DNA of 64,000 nt from Candidatus Levybacteria bacterium RIFCSPHIGHO2_02_FULL_40_18 (GCA_001782235.1 MFOC01000007.1:156040-220039), one strand, 5' to 3'. Shown: positions 17,857 through 28,954, counted from the stretch's first letter. Made by a program: numbers and translations. Notes: generated by a model not told the origin, from the letters alone.

Positions 17857-19509
17857 ATGGTAGCAAGTCTTGTAAAAAAAGGATTAACCGCTTTCGTATC
17901 AAAACAAACAAATATTTTTACTGCGGCATCGTTTATAATTTTAACAACAATTTTTTCTCAAATACTGGGAATCTTAAAATACAGATTGCTAGTGTCTCTT
18001 TTTGGAGCTTCACAAGAGCTCGGAGTCTTTTTTGCCGCGTTCAGAATTCCCGATTTTGTTTTCCAGGTAGTGATAGCAGGCGCTCTTTCCTCATCTTTTA
18101 TACCAATTTTTGCCGATTTTATTTCCCGCGATAAAAAGCAAGAAGGTTTTGAATTCTCTTCAACATTAATAACAATGGGATTGGTATTTTACATCTTTGT
18201 TTCGGCAGTAATTATTGTTTTTTCTTATCAACTGGCAAGTATTGTTGCGCCTGGGTTCTCTCAAAGTGAATTGCGGCTTATGGCAAATCTAATGATAATT
18301 ATTCAGCTCGCGCAAGTTTTTTTTATTTTAGGAACCATATTTACTGCCATGTTGCAATCTTTTCAGCATTTTGTCATCCCGGGTCTTGCCAGCGCATTCT
18401 ATAATTTTGGGATAATTTTGGGCTTAATAATTTTCTCCCATTTCTTAGGGGTTGGAATATACGGAGCTACTATAGGAGTTTTAATTGGAGCTATATTTTT
18501 TTCTCTTATTCAACTTCCACTACTTGCTGTTACCGGTTTTAGGTTTTCACCTTCTTTCGCTCTTACTCCGGGAATCGACAAGTTATTTCGACTTATGGTG
18601 CCCCGTTCTCTAACTGTTATCATTTCTCAAATCGCAGCAACAGCCAATGTTTTTTTTGCTTCATTTTTATCAGCAAGGTCGCTTGTAATCTTTGACCTGG
18701 CACATACACTTGCTATGGCCCCAGTTTTGCTACTAGGTCAATCAATTGCCCAAGCCTCTTTCCCGGCGCTCTCTTTAAAGTCGGGAGACAGACGTGAATT
18801 TCTTTCCATTTTAACATCTTCTTTTAATCAAATTCTATATTTAACTTTACCCATCAGCGCACTTTTAATAGTCTTGAGGATTCCATTAGTAAGGCTTTTT
18901 TATGGCGCGTCAAGATTTGACTGGGAGGCAACGGTAGAAACAGGATTAACACTTGCTTATTTTGCAATCGCAATTACTGCAAATGCATTAATTGCTCTTC
19001 TTTCGCGAGCTTTTTATGCTTTCAAAGATTCAAAAACACCGTTCATAATTACAAGTATTACTGTTGCCATTAATATTTTCTTGTCTTACCTCTTTATACT
19101 TACCTATCAATTGCCGATTTATTTCTTGGCATTTTCTTTTTCAACATCATCTATTGTTGGAGTGGTTCTAATGGCCTTTTTGTTAAATAAAAGAATTGAA
19201 CTGCCAAAAATAGAAATTATGGTTTCCTCTGCCAAAATTATTATTTCAACTATTGTTATGGGCGCCGCACTTTATATTCCTATCAAGCTCCTCGATCAAT
19301 TGGTATTTGATACCACAAGAACAGTCGGCTTATTGGCTTTGACAGGAATTGCCTCGGCGGCAGGATTTGCTTCCTATATTTTCTTCACGTGGCTTTTGGA
19401 TATAAAAGAAGCATATTACGTTATTCGCGTTCTTAAGAAATTCGGACAGAAGGATAAGATATTAAAGGGCCTAAACGAAATCATCGGCGGTCCCAAATTC
19501 AACGGCTGA
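17857..19509 (+). CDS. murJ: Lipid II flippase MurJ (MviN)
   Basis: About 14 TMs. The N-terminal FGASQELGVFFAAFRIPDFVFQVVIAGALSSSFIPIF matches the MurJ signature. Confidence 0.85.
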   Translation: MVASLVKKGLTAFVSKQTNIFTAASFIILTTIFSQILGILKYRLLVSLFGASQELGVFFAAFRIPDFVFQVVIAGALSSSFIPIFADFISRDKKQEGFEFSSTLITMGLVFYIFVSAVIIVFSYQLASIVAPGFSQSELRLMANLMIIIQLAQVFFILGTIFTAMLQSFQHFVIPGLASAFYNFGIILGLIIFSHFLGVGIYGATIGVLIGAIFFSLIQLPLLAVTGFRFSPSFALTPGIDKLFRLMVPRSLTVIISQIAATANVFFASFLSARSLVIFDLAHTLAMAPVLLLGQSIAQASFPALSLKSGDRREFLSILTSSFNQILYLTLPISALLIVLRIPLVRLFYGASRFDWEATVETGLTLAYFAIAITANALIALLSRAFYAFKDSKTPFIITSITVAINIFLSYLFILTYQLPIYFLAFSFSTSSIVGVVLMAFLLNKRIELPKIEIMVSSAKIIISTIVMGAALYIPIKLLDQLVFDTTRTVGLLALTGIASAAGFASYIFFTWLLDIKEAYYVIRVLKKFGQKDKILKGLNEIIGGPKFNG

Positions 19510-19557
19510 AGGAGATACTAGAAACTAGATAATAGTGACTAGGGAATAGTAATTAGG

Positions 19558-20664
19558 ATGGCAGACAGAAAAATAACATATTCCAAAGTTGGAGATAATT
19601 ACGATACAAAAGATCCAATAAAAAAACTCGCTCAGAATGCTGCTCGCTTAACCGCAAACAATCTTCGCAAGCATAATTTTGAAGAAATGCCGGATTCAAG
19701 AGGAGAGTCAGCTTACGTTTGGAAGCAAGGGGATGTCTATATGGCATCTGTTATTGAAGGTTTAGGCACTAAAAATTTAGTTGCTGACGGAACGCGAAAA
19801 ATAACAGGAAAAACCTACTACGACATTATTGCATACGATACCGTTGCCACAATTATCAATGATTTAGTAACAGTTGGAGCCACACCGCTTGTGCTCCACG
19901 CATATTGGGCGATTGAGAATAATGAGTGGCTCTACGATGAAGAACTAATGAAAAACTTAATTTCTGGATGGAAGAAAGCTTGTGACATTGCAGGTGTTTC
20001 GTGGGGAGGAGGAGAAACCGCAACTCTTAAACAAGTTGTGATTAAAGGTGCTTCTGAATTTGGTGGATCGGCTGTCGGAATAATTCGTTCAAAGAAACAC
20101 TTAATAACTGATAATAAATTAAGACCTGGAGATCGTATAGTTCTCATACAAAGTAACGGAATTAATGCGAATGGTATTTCGCTTGCACGAGCAGTTGCAA
20201 AAAAAATAAACGGCGGATACGGAACAAAACTTTCAAATGGGAAGATTTATGGCGAGGCGCTACTTACAAAATCTAATATTTACTCGAAATTAGTTCAAGA
20301 TTTGCAAGATACAAACGTAGATATCCACTATATTTCAAATATTACCGGTCACGGAGTTCGTAAAATAATGCGAGCAAGACCTGCATTTACCTATACTATT
20401 GAGAAAATATTTAAGCCTCAGGAAGTATTTGTTTTTATACAAAAACATGCGGGACTTTCAGATTATGAAATGTATGAAACATATAATATGGGACAGGACT
20501 ACGCAATTTTTGTCTCAAAAAAAGACGTCGAAAAAACCTTAAGACTTGTTCAAAAAAATAAATTCAAAGCAATCGATGCAGGTTACGTTGAACAAGGCAA
20601 GAGACAAGTTATCGTAAAACCCAAAAATATTGTTTATAGTTCTAAGACTCTAAACTTAAGATGA
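19558..20664 (+). CDS. purM: Phosphoribosylformylglycinamidine cyclo-ligase (AIR synthetase)
   Basis: IEGLGTKNLVA, IAYDTVATIINDLVTVGATPL, GGGETA, PGDRIVLIQSNGINANGISL, EMYETYNMG; all align with PurM blocks. Confidence 0.8.
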   Translation: MADRKITYSKVGDNYDTKDPIKKLAQNAARLTANNLRKHNFEEMPDSRGESAYVWKQGDVYMASVIEGLGTKNLVADGTRKITGKTYYDIIAYDTVATIINDLVTVGATPLVLHAYWAIENNEWLYDEELMKNLISGWKKACDIAGVSWGGGETATLKQVVIKGASEFGGSAVGIIRSKKHLITDNKLRPGDRIVLIQSNGINANGISLARAVAKKINGGYGTKLSNGKIYGEALLTKSNIYSKLVQDLQDTNVDIHYISNITGHGVRKIMRARPAFTYTIEKIFKPQEVFVFIQKHAGLSDYEMYETYNMGQDYAIFVSKKDVEKTLRLVQKNKFKAIDAGYVEQGKRQVIVKPKNIVYSSKTLNLR

Positions 20665-21368
20665 GAGAAAGAATGGCGAGTATGGTCGGCGAGAGCGGGA
20701 CGACAATGGAATTCCTGGGGCGAGAGATAATGGATGGTAAGCTTGAAGGTATCGGTCTCGAATTGGTTATTGCCGATCATTCAAACACCCCATCTACTTC
20801 TCGAGCAGAAATTCTAAGAATTCCTGTCGAAGTAATTGAAAAAGCCAAATTTAAAAATCGAAATTCATATGGTGAAGCACTTTTACGACTATTTGAAAGA
20901 TATCGAATCTCAGTAATTTCACTTAACGGAACTCTTAATATAATTCCTGAGAATGTTTTAAATGAGTTTGAGGATAGAATTTTCAATCAACATCCGGGTC
21001 CAAAAAAAGAAACTGAGAAAACCTGAGGAATAGGCCCGTATGCGATAATGCTTGAGTTTACAAAATTGACTGGGAGAAACGAAGGGACAAATGTAATTAT
21101 TCATCGCGTAACTAATCAAATCGATGAGGGGCCAACAGTTGCTATTTCTCATGTTCCAATTTTTGAAGAAGATACGGCCGAAACTTTACAGGAAAGAGGT
21201 AAAGAGAGAGAAAGGCAACTTCAACTTGAGTTTTGGAAAGGGTTTGTAAAAGGTGAGGTTCAAGAAATTCAAGACACAGTCTATATGAGACCTGGTGAAG
21301 AAGAAATTTTGGAATCCGCCCGCCAAAAAGCAAGAAAAGACTACCCCAACGGCTGGAGACGTACTTGA
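20661..21368 (+). pseudogene. purN: Phosphoribosylglycinamide formyltransferase (purN) interrupted by one in-frame TGA at 21024..21026
   Basis: ORFs 20661..21026 and 21048..21368 are in the same frame. Reading through the TGA restores a colinear PurN (…NQHPGP-KKETEKT-*-GIGPYAIMLEFTKLTG…VIIHRVTNQIDEGPTV; compare PurN NIHPSLLP…VHFVTEELDAGPII). An A7 run at 21002-21008 lies just upstream of the TGA. Confidence 0.6.
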
Positions 21369-21419
21369 TTTTGGTTTTTTATATAACAAAACGGAATTTT
21401 TGGGGTGATATAATAATCG

Positions 21420-21770
21420 TTGGTGATTATTACAAAAGGTGAGCCCTATACAAAAGAAGAAATAAAAAAGCTAAGTGAACAATTTGATGTTTATATAAAA
21501 ACAGTTATTGATGTAAGCAAAAAGATTTGTTCGGCAGGATGTGATCGTCATTTTGAGTCGGAGAGAGTTCTTTTAAATGAAGGATCAAGAGAGTCAGATT
21601 TGTGGGGAGGAGGAGTTGATCTTGAAACAGGTGAAGTTGATTGTAATTCGTTTATTAACATAAGGCCGGGAGATAATAATACTAGCAATGAAATTCAAAA
21701 TCCTGAAACAAGAAAGGTATTTGAGGATCTGACAAAATACTTTTTTAAAGAAATTTATGGACAAAAATAA
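21420..21770 (+). CDS. Hypothetical protein (116 aa, CSAGCDRH motif)
   Basis: No family recognised. A TGaTATAAT extended -10 lies at 21398-21406. Confidence 0.3.
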   Translation: MVIITKGEPYTKEEIKKLSEQFDVYIKTVIDVSKKICSAGCDRHFESERVLLNEGSRESDLWGGGVDLETGEVDCNSFINIRPGDNNTSNEIQNPETRKVFEDLTKYFFKEIYGQK

Positions 21771-22032
21771 AATTGCCCTTTCATCACTGGCACTTGATTT
21801 AAAGCGAGTAGCGCTTGGATACTTCCGTGGATCAAATAGCATGGCTGAGCGTTTTTTTGAAGAAGCTTTGAGGAGAAAGAAAGAAATTGACAGCAGGAAA
21901 GTTAAGCCCTATATTAGGAATCTTCTCTCAAATTTTGAGAAGATAATGTTTGATCACGATCAAAAGAAACAGGCAGAAGACGCATTGATGTATAGTACCC
22001 TATTCCAGAACGCCTCCCTCGCGAAGAAATAA
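21757..22032 (+). CDS. Hypothetical small helical protein (91 aa)
   Basis: Overlaps the previous ORF by 14 nt, so possibly a two-gene module; no family recognised. Confidence 0.3.
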   Translation: MDKNKIALSSLALDLKRVALGYFRGSNSMAERFFEEALRRKKEIDSRKVKPYIRNLLSNFEKIMFDHDQKKQAEDALMYSTLFQNASLAKK

Positions 22033-22052
22033 GTTTCTGATATAATTTCCAC

Positions 22053-23951
22053 ATGGTTCGACAAGACTCACCACAAGTGAATCAATCTAACATTCGGAAT
22101 TTTTGTATTATTGCGCATGTGGATCATGGGAAGTCTACGTTGGCGGATAGGCTGCTTGAGATAACGGGGACTGTTCGAAAAGAAGAACTAAAAGAACAGT
22201 TTCTCGATTCAAGTGAAATTTCAAGGGAACACGGAATAACAATTAAATTAGCACCAGTCAGGATGGAATACAAGGTTGGGGGAGAGGTTAAAAGTTTGGG
22301 CAGCCAGTATAGTGAGGGGGTTGGGTCATTGGGTAAAAAAAGCCCTACAACCACACCCATAAACCATACTAGTAGCCACAACCAAACCCAAAACCAAACC
22401 TTCGTTTTGAACCTGATTGACACTCCGGGGCATGTGGATTTTTCCTATGAAGTTGTTCGAACACTTTATGCGTGTGAAGGGGCGATACTTTTGGTCGATG
22501 CTACAAAAGGAGTACAGGCCCAAACAGTTGCAAATTATAATTTTGCAAAAAAACTTGGACTTACAATTATTCCTGTAATAAATAAAATCGATTTACCTAC
22601 TGCGAATATAGAAAAGGTCGAGAACGAAATTGTTTCGAGTTTTGGATTTGATAAAGATTCGATATTAAAAATTTCGGCCAAGACCGGTGAAGGGGTCCAA
22701 GAATTAATTCGAACAGTTGTCGAAAGAGTTCCTGCCCCAGGTGGTAGTTCGGATTCTCCAACGCAAGCACTTATTTTCGACTCAATCTACGATGAGCATC
22801 GAGGGATTGTTATTTATGTTCGTTTAAAAAATGGAAGAATCAAAAAAGGCGACAAAATTGCTTTTGCATCGGACGGTTCGAAAACTCTCGTAAACGAGGT
22901 TGGATACATGAGGCCATTATTTTCTTATTCGGTCGAACTTGTAAACGGTGAGGTTGGTTTTATTATTACAAATATTAAAGACATAACTCAAGCAAAAGTT
23001 GGGGACACGATTCTAAATGAAAAGGGCGAAGGGACTTCTCTTGGTAAATATATTGAGCAGAAACCTTTCGTTTATTTATCGATTTATCCTACATCGATCT
23101 CCGATTTCCAAAATTTGAGAAAAGCTTTGTATAGGCTAAAACTCAATGATGCGGCACTTTCGATTGCTCCCGAACAATCAAATATTTTTGGTCCCGGTTT
23201 TCGCTGCGGATTTTTAGGGCTTTTACATGCACAAATTTTAATTGAGCGGATTGAGCGCGAGGAGGGGGTTGAAGTGTTTGCTGCGCCGCCATCAATCGAA
23301 TATATTGTTGATGGCAAAAGCATTACAAATCCAAAAGATTTTGATCTCGCAAATCACGAAGTAAAAGAGCCATATGTTTTGGGTGAGATTTATACCCCGC
23401 AGGAATATCTTGGTTCGATTCTTGAGTTAATACATAAGAGGCGGGGAGAAAGTTCGAACGTAACATATTTTGGCACACAGACTAAAATAGAATTTACAAT
23501 GCCTTTGGCTAATGTTATTTATGATTTTTATGACAAATTAAAAACCTTATCATCAGGTTTTGCTTCTTTTGATTATGATGTAGCAGACTTTCGGGAATCG
23601 AATTTATCCCGAATCGATATTTCCGTAAACAATAAGACAATTCCAGAGTTGTCATTCGTAGTTCATAAAAACGAGACAGAAAGTTTCTCGCGAAGAATGG
23701 TTAAAGCTTTATCCTTGGAAATTCCAAGACACCAGTTTGAAGTTTTTGTCAGAGCCCAAATTGGTTCACGTGTTGTTGCGTCAGAAAGGATAATGCCATT
23801 TAAAAAAGATGTAACTGCTAAATTATACGGCGGAGATAGAACCCGCAAAGACAAGCTTTTAGAGGCACAAAAGAAGGGCAAGAAAAAAATGAAAAAAATA
23901 GGACAAGTCAATGTCCCCAAAGAAGCCTTTCTAGCAGTATTAAAAGCTTAG
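22053..23951 (+). CDS. lepA: Elongation factor 4 (LepA) with a ~40-aa low-complexity insertion in the G domain
   Basis: AHVDHGKSTLADRLL, DTPGHVDF, NKID and a LepA C-terminal domain. Insertion VGGEVKSLGSQYSEGVGSLGKKSPTTTPINHTSSHNQTQNQT lies between switch I and G3 and is encoded by 7-nt-periodic DNA at 22270-22400. Confidence 0.9.
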   Translation: MVRQDSPQVNQSNIRNFCIIAHVDHGKSTLADRLLEITGTVRKEELKEQFLDSSEISREHGITIKLAPVRMEYKVGGEVKSLGSQYSEGVGSLGKKSPTTTPINHTSSHNQTQNQTFVLNLIDTPGHVDFSYEVVRTLYACEGAILLVDATKGVQAQTVANYNFAKKLGLTIIPVINKIDLPTANIEKVENEIVSSFGFDKDSILKISAKTGEGVQELIRTVVERVPAPGGSSDSPTQALIFDSIYDEHRGIVIYVRLKNGRIKKGDKIAFASDGSKTLVNEVGYMRPLFSYSVELVNGEVGFIITNIKDITQAKVGDTILNEKGEGTSLGKYIEQKPFVYLSIYPTSISDFQNLRKALYRLKLNDAALSIAPEQSNIFGPGFRCGFLGLLHAQILIERIEREEGVEVFAAPPSIEYIVDGKSITNPKDFDLANHEVKEPYVLGEIYTPQEYLGSILELIHKRRGESSNVTYFGTQTKIEFTMPLANVIYDFYDKLKTLSSGFASFDYDVADFRESNLSRIDISVNNKTIPELSFVVHKNETESFSRRMVKALSLEIPRHQFEVFVRAQIGSRVVASERIMPFKKDVTAKLYGGDRTRKDKLLEAQKKGKKKMKKIGQVNVPKEAFLAVLKA

Positions 23952-23953
23952 AC

Positions 23954-24106
23954 GCTCGTGTACATTTTTCTCAGACCCGCTCGGTAAGTTATTAGTTTAT
24001 TAATGTTATCCTCCCTTCGCTAAATGAAAATCGCATATTCACTTTAGTCTATATGTAATATTTTTCTTGAGCGATTTTCAGTTGTCTTCGAAAAATGTAC
24101 ACTTTG
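23954..24106 (+). repeat. ~155-bp MITE-like / structured element, copy 2
   Basis: Terminal inverted repeats cgtgtacatttttc / gaaaaatgtacac (13 bp perfect), with inner stem gaaaatcgc / gcgattttc. Exactly fills the convergent gap between the lepA stop (23951) and the stop of gene 24110..25309. Confidence 0.8.
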
Positions 24107-24109
24107 CGC

Positions 24110-25309
24110 CTAAAGGGCTAGGAGGGCGAGTCCGGCGACTATTGTCAGGATTATTGCCCCGATTATGCCAATAGTTTTTGCTACCTCCCCGGGCGGCGGA
24201 ACAGTTGGAGCAGTTGTTGGAACAGCTGTAGGGGAGGATGTTAGCGTACTTGTTGGGGTGAGCTGGCCGGATGATGTGCCTGTTGGCGTTGGCGCCGCCC
24301 CGGTGGGGCTCTGCCCCGGAGGGGGCGCGGTCGTAGCAGATCCTGCCGCTGTTGCCGTTATTGTTTGAGTACATGCAGTTGAAATCTTACCTCCATTATC
24401 CGTAAATACCGCTGTTGCGCCAAATGTTCCCGCAGACTGATATGTATGATTAGTTTGAATAGTAGCGGATTTTTGTCCAAGACCCTCCGTTATATCCTGA
24501 ATACTTCCATCGCCAAAGTTAAAAGATGCTTTTGTTAAGGTTCCGGCTGCGTCTGGATCATTGCCTTTGGCGGTTAGGGAAACTGAGAAAGGGGCGCTGC
24601 CTGTGACAGAAGGACTTACAGATAATTCTGTACAGAGAGGTGCTTGATTTGCAGTGCCTGTTGGAACAGTAGTGGGTGCGCTTGTTGGTGAGATTGTGCC
24701 AGTTGGCTGGGTTCCTGTAGGTGTCACAGTAGGTGTGACGGTTCCGCCAGTTGTACAGGCGTCAGACCCTATAGTTACATTTGCCGTAGAGACTTGAAAC
24801 AATACATTTTCGGTTGGTTCATCAGCCGGCGCCAGAGAGAAAACACGAGATTTCTCCGAGTCAAATGATATCTGTGCGCTTCCTGCTGCTTTTGGACGGA
24901 AGGTAACCGTGGCAACCTTTGAGACTACTTGTACGGCCCGTGTGACATCTGCTCCAACAGAGACGGACATATTTGCTTCTCCGCTTGAGACGCTGACCGG
25001 TCTCACTACTGTTGAAAAACTATCACTTTCTTTAATTTGTAGGACATCAAGTTTGGTAGGATCATATTTAAGGTAAAAATCAACTATAGAAACAATATTA
25101 GAGCTGGGATCGAGCATGATATCAACATTGAAATTTTGACATTGAGTTGAAGTATTTACATTTTCAGGACTAAAGGTGAGTTTTGAAGAAGGAGCGGCAC
25201 GACTTCGCAGTTCTTGTTGTCTTTTAATAAAAAAGAGAGTGAGGGGAATGCTTATCAAAAGCAACAATAAATTCCCAAGTATAAAATACCTGTTGGTTAA
25301 AATTTTCAT
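24110..25309 (-). CDS. Membrane-anchored surface protein with PKD-like domain and Thr/Pro/Gly-rich linkers
   Basis: N-terminal TM; NFGDGSIQDITE...HTYQSAGTFGATAVFTDNGG (PKD-like); C-terminal TM anchor. Contains GC-rich 35-nt motif copy A at 24291..24325. Confidence 0.5.
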   Translation of the reverse strand: MKILTNRYFILGNLLLLLISIPLTLFFIKRQQELRSRAAPSSKLTFSPENVNTSTQCQNFNVDIMLDPSSNIVSIVDFYLKYDPTKLDVLQIKESDSFSTVVRPVSVSSGEANMSVSVGADVTRAVQVVSKVATVTFRPKAAGSAQISFDSEKSRVFSLAPADEPTENVLFQVSTANVTIGSDACTTGGTVTPTVTPTGTQPTGTISPTSAPTTVPTGTANQAPLCTELSVSPSVTGSAPFSVSLTAKGNDPDAAGTLTKASFNFGDGSIQDITEGLGQKSATIQTNHTYQSAGTFGATAVFTDNGGKISTACTQTITATAAGSATTAPPPGQSPTGAAPTPTGTSSGQLTPTSTLTSSPTAVPTTAPTVPPPGEVAKTIGIIGAIILTIVAGLALLAL

Positions 25310-25377
25310 TCAATGATGCCATTATAGCGTAGAAGATTTCATAGGATAAGTCAATAATTAGCAGTCAACAACGCCAC

Positions 25378-25406
25378 TTGACAAAATTAGGAGTTTTTTT
25401 TAAAAT
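25378..25406 (+). promoter_or_regulatory. Candidate groES promoter (TTGACA-17-TAAAAT) with overlapping GTCAA-N9-TTGAC inverted repeat
   Basis: ttgaca at 25378-25383 and taaaat at 25401-25406. Inverted repeat gtcaa caacgccac ttgac at 25364-25382. No canonical CIRCE is present. Confidence 0.4.
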
Positions 25407-25424
25407 ACTTAATTGATTTCTATT

Positions 25425-25730
25425 ATGGCAAAGACCTCTACAGTTAATATAAAGCCTTTATTTAATAATGTTTTGATAAGGCCGCTTGAGGCAGAAGAAA
25501 AAACTTCTGGCGGTATTTATTTGCCTGAAACCGCAAAAGAAAAACCCCAAATGGGACTCGTCATGGCAGTTGGTGAGGGCGAAGTTACTCCCAAAGGGGA
25601 AGTTCGTAAGATGACTGTCAAGGTTGGACAAAAAGTAATGTACAAAAAATGGGGCGGAAATGAAATCAAAGTAGGCAATGAAGAATGGACGATTGTTGAA
25701 GAGAAAGATATTCTTGCAATAGTTAGCTAA
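25425..25730 (+). CDS. groES: Co-chaperonin GroES
   Basis: NIKPLFNNVLIRPLEAEEKTSGGIYLPETAKEKPQMGLVMAVGEG is a typical Cpn10. Confidence 0.9.
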   Translation: MAKTSTVNIKPLFNNVLIRPLEAEEKTSGGIYLPETAKEKPQMGLVMAVGEGEVTPKGEVRKMTVKVGQKVMYKKWGGNEIKVGNEEWTIVEEKDILAIVS

Positions 25731-26015
25731 CAATTGCAATATAAAAAATAAAATATAAAATAGCAAAAATACATATCAAATATAAAAAATGAAAGGCAAA
25801 GAATCAGCTTCGAGAGCACCAAGGGTTAAACTGCAGACAGTTGGTAGTTTTTCGGAAGCAGCAGACATGCAGACAAAGAGAACAAGACCTACAGTAATTA
25901 CAGGTTTATCTATTGAAGGAAGTTGGGCAAAAGAAGCAAGAGAGGCAAAACAAAGAAGAGAATCGAAGCAAAATAGCTAAATATTTGATATTTGATTTGT
26001 ATATTTAATTTTTAA

Positions 26016-27677
<1,662 letters not shown>

Positions 27678-27714
27678 TCTTGCTCTTAGCTCTTGGCTGT
27701 TAGCTTTTGGCTTG
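27678..27714. repeat. 7-nt-periodic tandem repeat immediately downstream of the groEL stop
   Basis: tcttgct cttagct cttggct gttagct tttggct tg. Confidence 0.65.
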
Positions 27715-27737
27715 AATTCAAACTTTCCAATCTCCAA

Positions 27738-28043
27738 TTATTTTAGCGATTCTTCGAGCCATCTAAGATAAGACTTATTGACATTCCCGGCTTTTACCTC
27801 AATTATTTGGGGGATTTCGTAGGGAAAAATTTTTTCGAGAGCCGTTCGGACCTTATTAAAATATCCATCATCTGTTTTTATAATGCCCGAAAACTCCTGT
27901 GTGTTTATTTTTTCACCTTTCCAATAATAATGTGATTGAACCGGAAAGGTTTCAATGCACGCCGCGAGTTTGTTTTTGATCAAATAATCAGAAACCTTCT
28001 CTGCATCTTCACGGTTTTCAAAAGTCACAAATATCAAAATCAT
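27738..28043 (-). CDS. cutA: Divalent-cation tolerance protein CutA
   Basis: LAACIETFPVQSHYYWKGEKINTQEFSGIIKT...FPYEIPQII matches CutA1 family blocks. Confidence 0.7.
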   Translation of the reverse strand: MILIFVTFENREDAEKVSDYLIKNKLAACIETFPVQSHYYWKGEKINTQEFSGIIKTDDGYFNKVRTALEKIFPYEIPQIIEVKAGNVNKSYLRWLEESLK

Positions 28044-28077
28044 AGCCTTATTATACTACTTGAGATATAATTCTTTT

Positions 28078-28111
28078 AACTAGTTTCTAGTATCTAGTTA
28101 CTAGTTCCTAG
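28078..28111. repeat. CTAGTTN heptanucleotide tandem repeat in the cutA / tatD divergent region
   Basis: ctagttt ctagtat ctagtta ctagttc ctag. Confidence 0.7.
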
Positions 28112-28114
28112 ATT

Positions 28115-28954
28115 ATGGTAGATACCCATTGTCATTTGAATTTTCATGTGTTTGATAAGGATGTCGATGAGGTGGCCAAAAGGGCGTTTGATGCCGGGGT
28201 TCGAATAGTTGTTAATACCGGGACTAGTATCCCATCAAGCAGAAAAGCTGTTGAGCTTGCGCACAAGTTTGATTCGCCAGCTGGCGAAATGTATGCGATT
28301 GTAGGAGTGCACCCCCATAATGCTGACAAAGCGGATCGCGAATTTGAGGGTGAGATTCAGTCGAATTGGTTCGAGGAGATTACCAAACTTGCCCATGATG
28401 AAAAAGTGATTGGAATCGGCGAGACAGGGCTTGATTACCATTATTATGAATCTAATGGAATCGTTGACAAAAAACTTCAGAAAGATGCGTTTCGGAAGCA
28501 GATTGAGCTCTCGATCGAATTAAAACTTCCCCTCCAGATTCATAACAGGCAAGCAGGTGAAGATGTTGTTTCGATACTTTCCGAATATCGAACAAAATTT
28601 CAGGATCCGCCGGGGATGTTTCATTGTTTTGCGGGCACGTTTGACGTGCTGCAGGATGCTTTGGAAATGGGATTTTACATTGGGTTCGATGGGAATATAA
28701 CCTATAAAGGAATTGCAAAAGGTGAGACCGTAGAACTTTCCGAACTTGCAAAATCAACACCTCTCGATCGTCTTTTGGTTGAGACAGACGCGCCGTTCTT
28801 AACGCCAATGCCTTTTCGCGGCCGGCGAAATGAGCCTAAAAATGTTATAATCGTAGGGCAGTATTTAGCCAATTTAAAAAGCGTGAGTTTTTCTGAGTTT
28901 GCGACTATAGTCGATAATAATGTCAGGAGAGTCTTCAAAAAGATAAATGCATAG
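28115..28954 (+). CDS. tatD: TatD family metal-dependent hydrolase/DNase
   Basis: VDTHCHLNF, GVHPHNA, IGETGLDYHY, QIHNRQA, FHCFAGT, GFDGNITYK, LVETDAPFL. Confidence 0.85.
   Translation: MVDTHCHLNFHVFDKDVDEVAKRAFDAGVRIVVNTGTSIPSSRKAVELAHKFDSPAGEMYAIVGVHPHNADKADREFEGEIQSNWFEEITKLAHDEKVIGIGETGLDYHYYESNGIVDKKLQKDAFRKQIELSIELKLPLQIHNRQAGEDVVSILSEYRTKFQDPPGMFHCFAGTFDVLQDALEMGFYIGFDGNITYKGIAKGETVELSELAKSTPLDRLLVETDAPFLTPMPFRGRRNEPKNVIIVGQYLANLKSVSFSEFATIVDNNVRRVFKKINA

Noticed and set aside
21020-21030. Genome-wide UGA recoding (genetic code 25, UGA = Gly) to explain the in-frame TGA in purN
   Set aside because: Other genes plainly terminate at TGA (for example purM at 20662-20664), and long ORFs elsewhere are not punctuated by TGA. 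The purN TGA is a local event.
25789-25980. 63-aa ORF in the groES-groEL spacer as a confident protein-coding gene
   Set aside because: No RBS, no family resemblance, highly charged low-complexity sequence. Reported as a finding (possible insertion, sRNA or small protein) rather than a feature.
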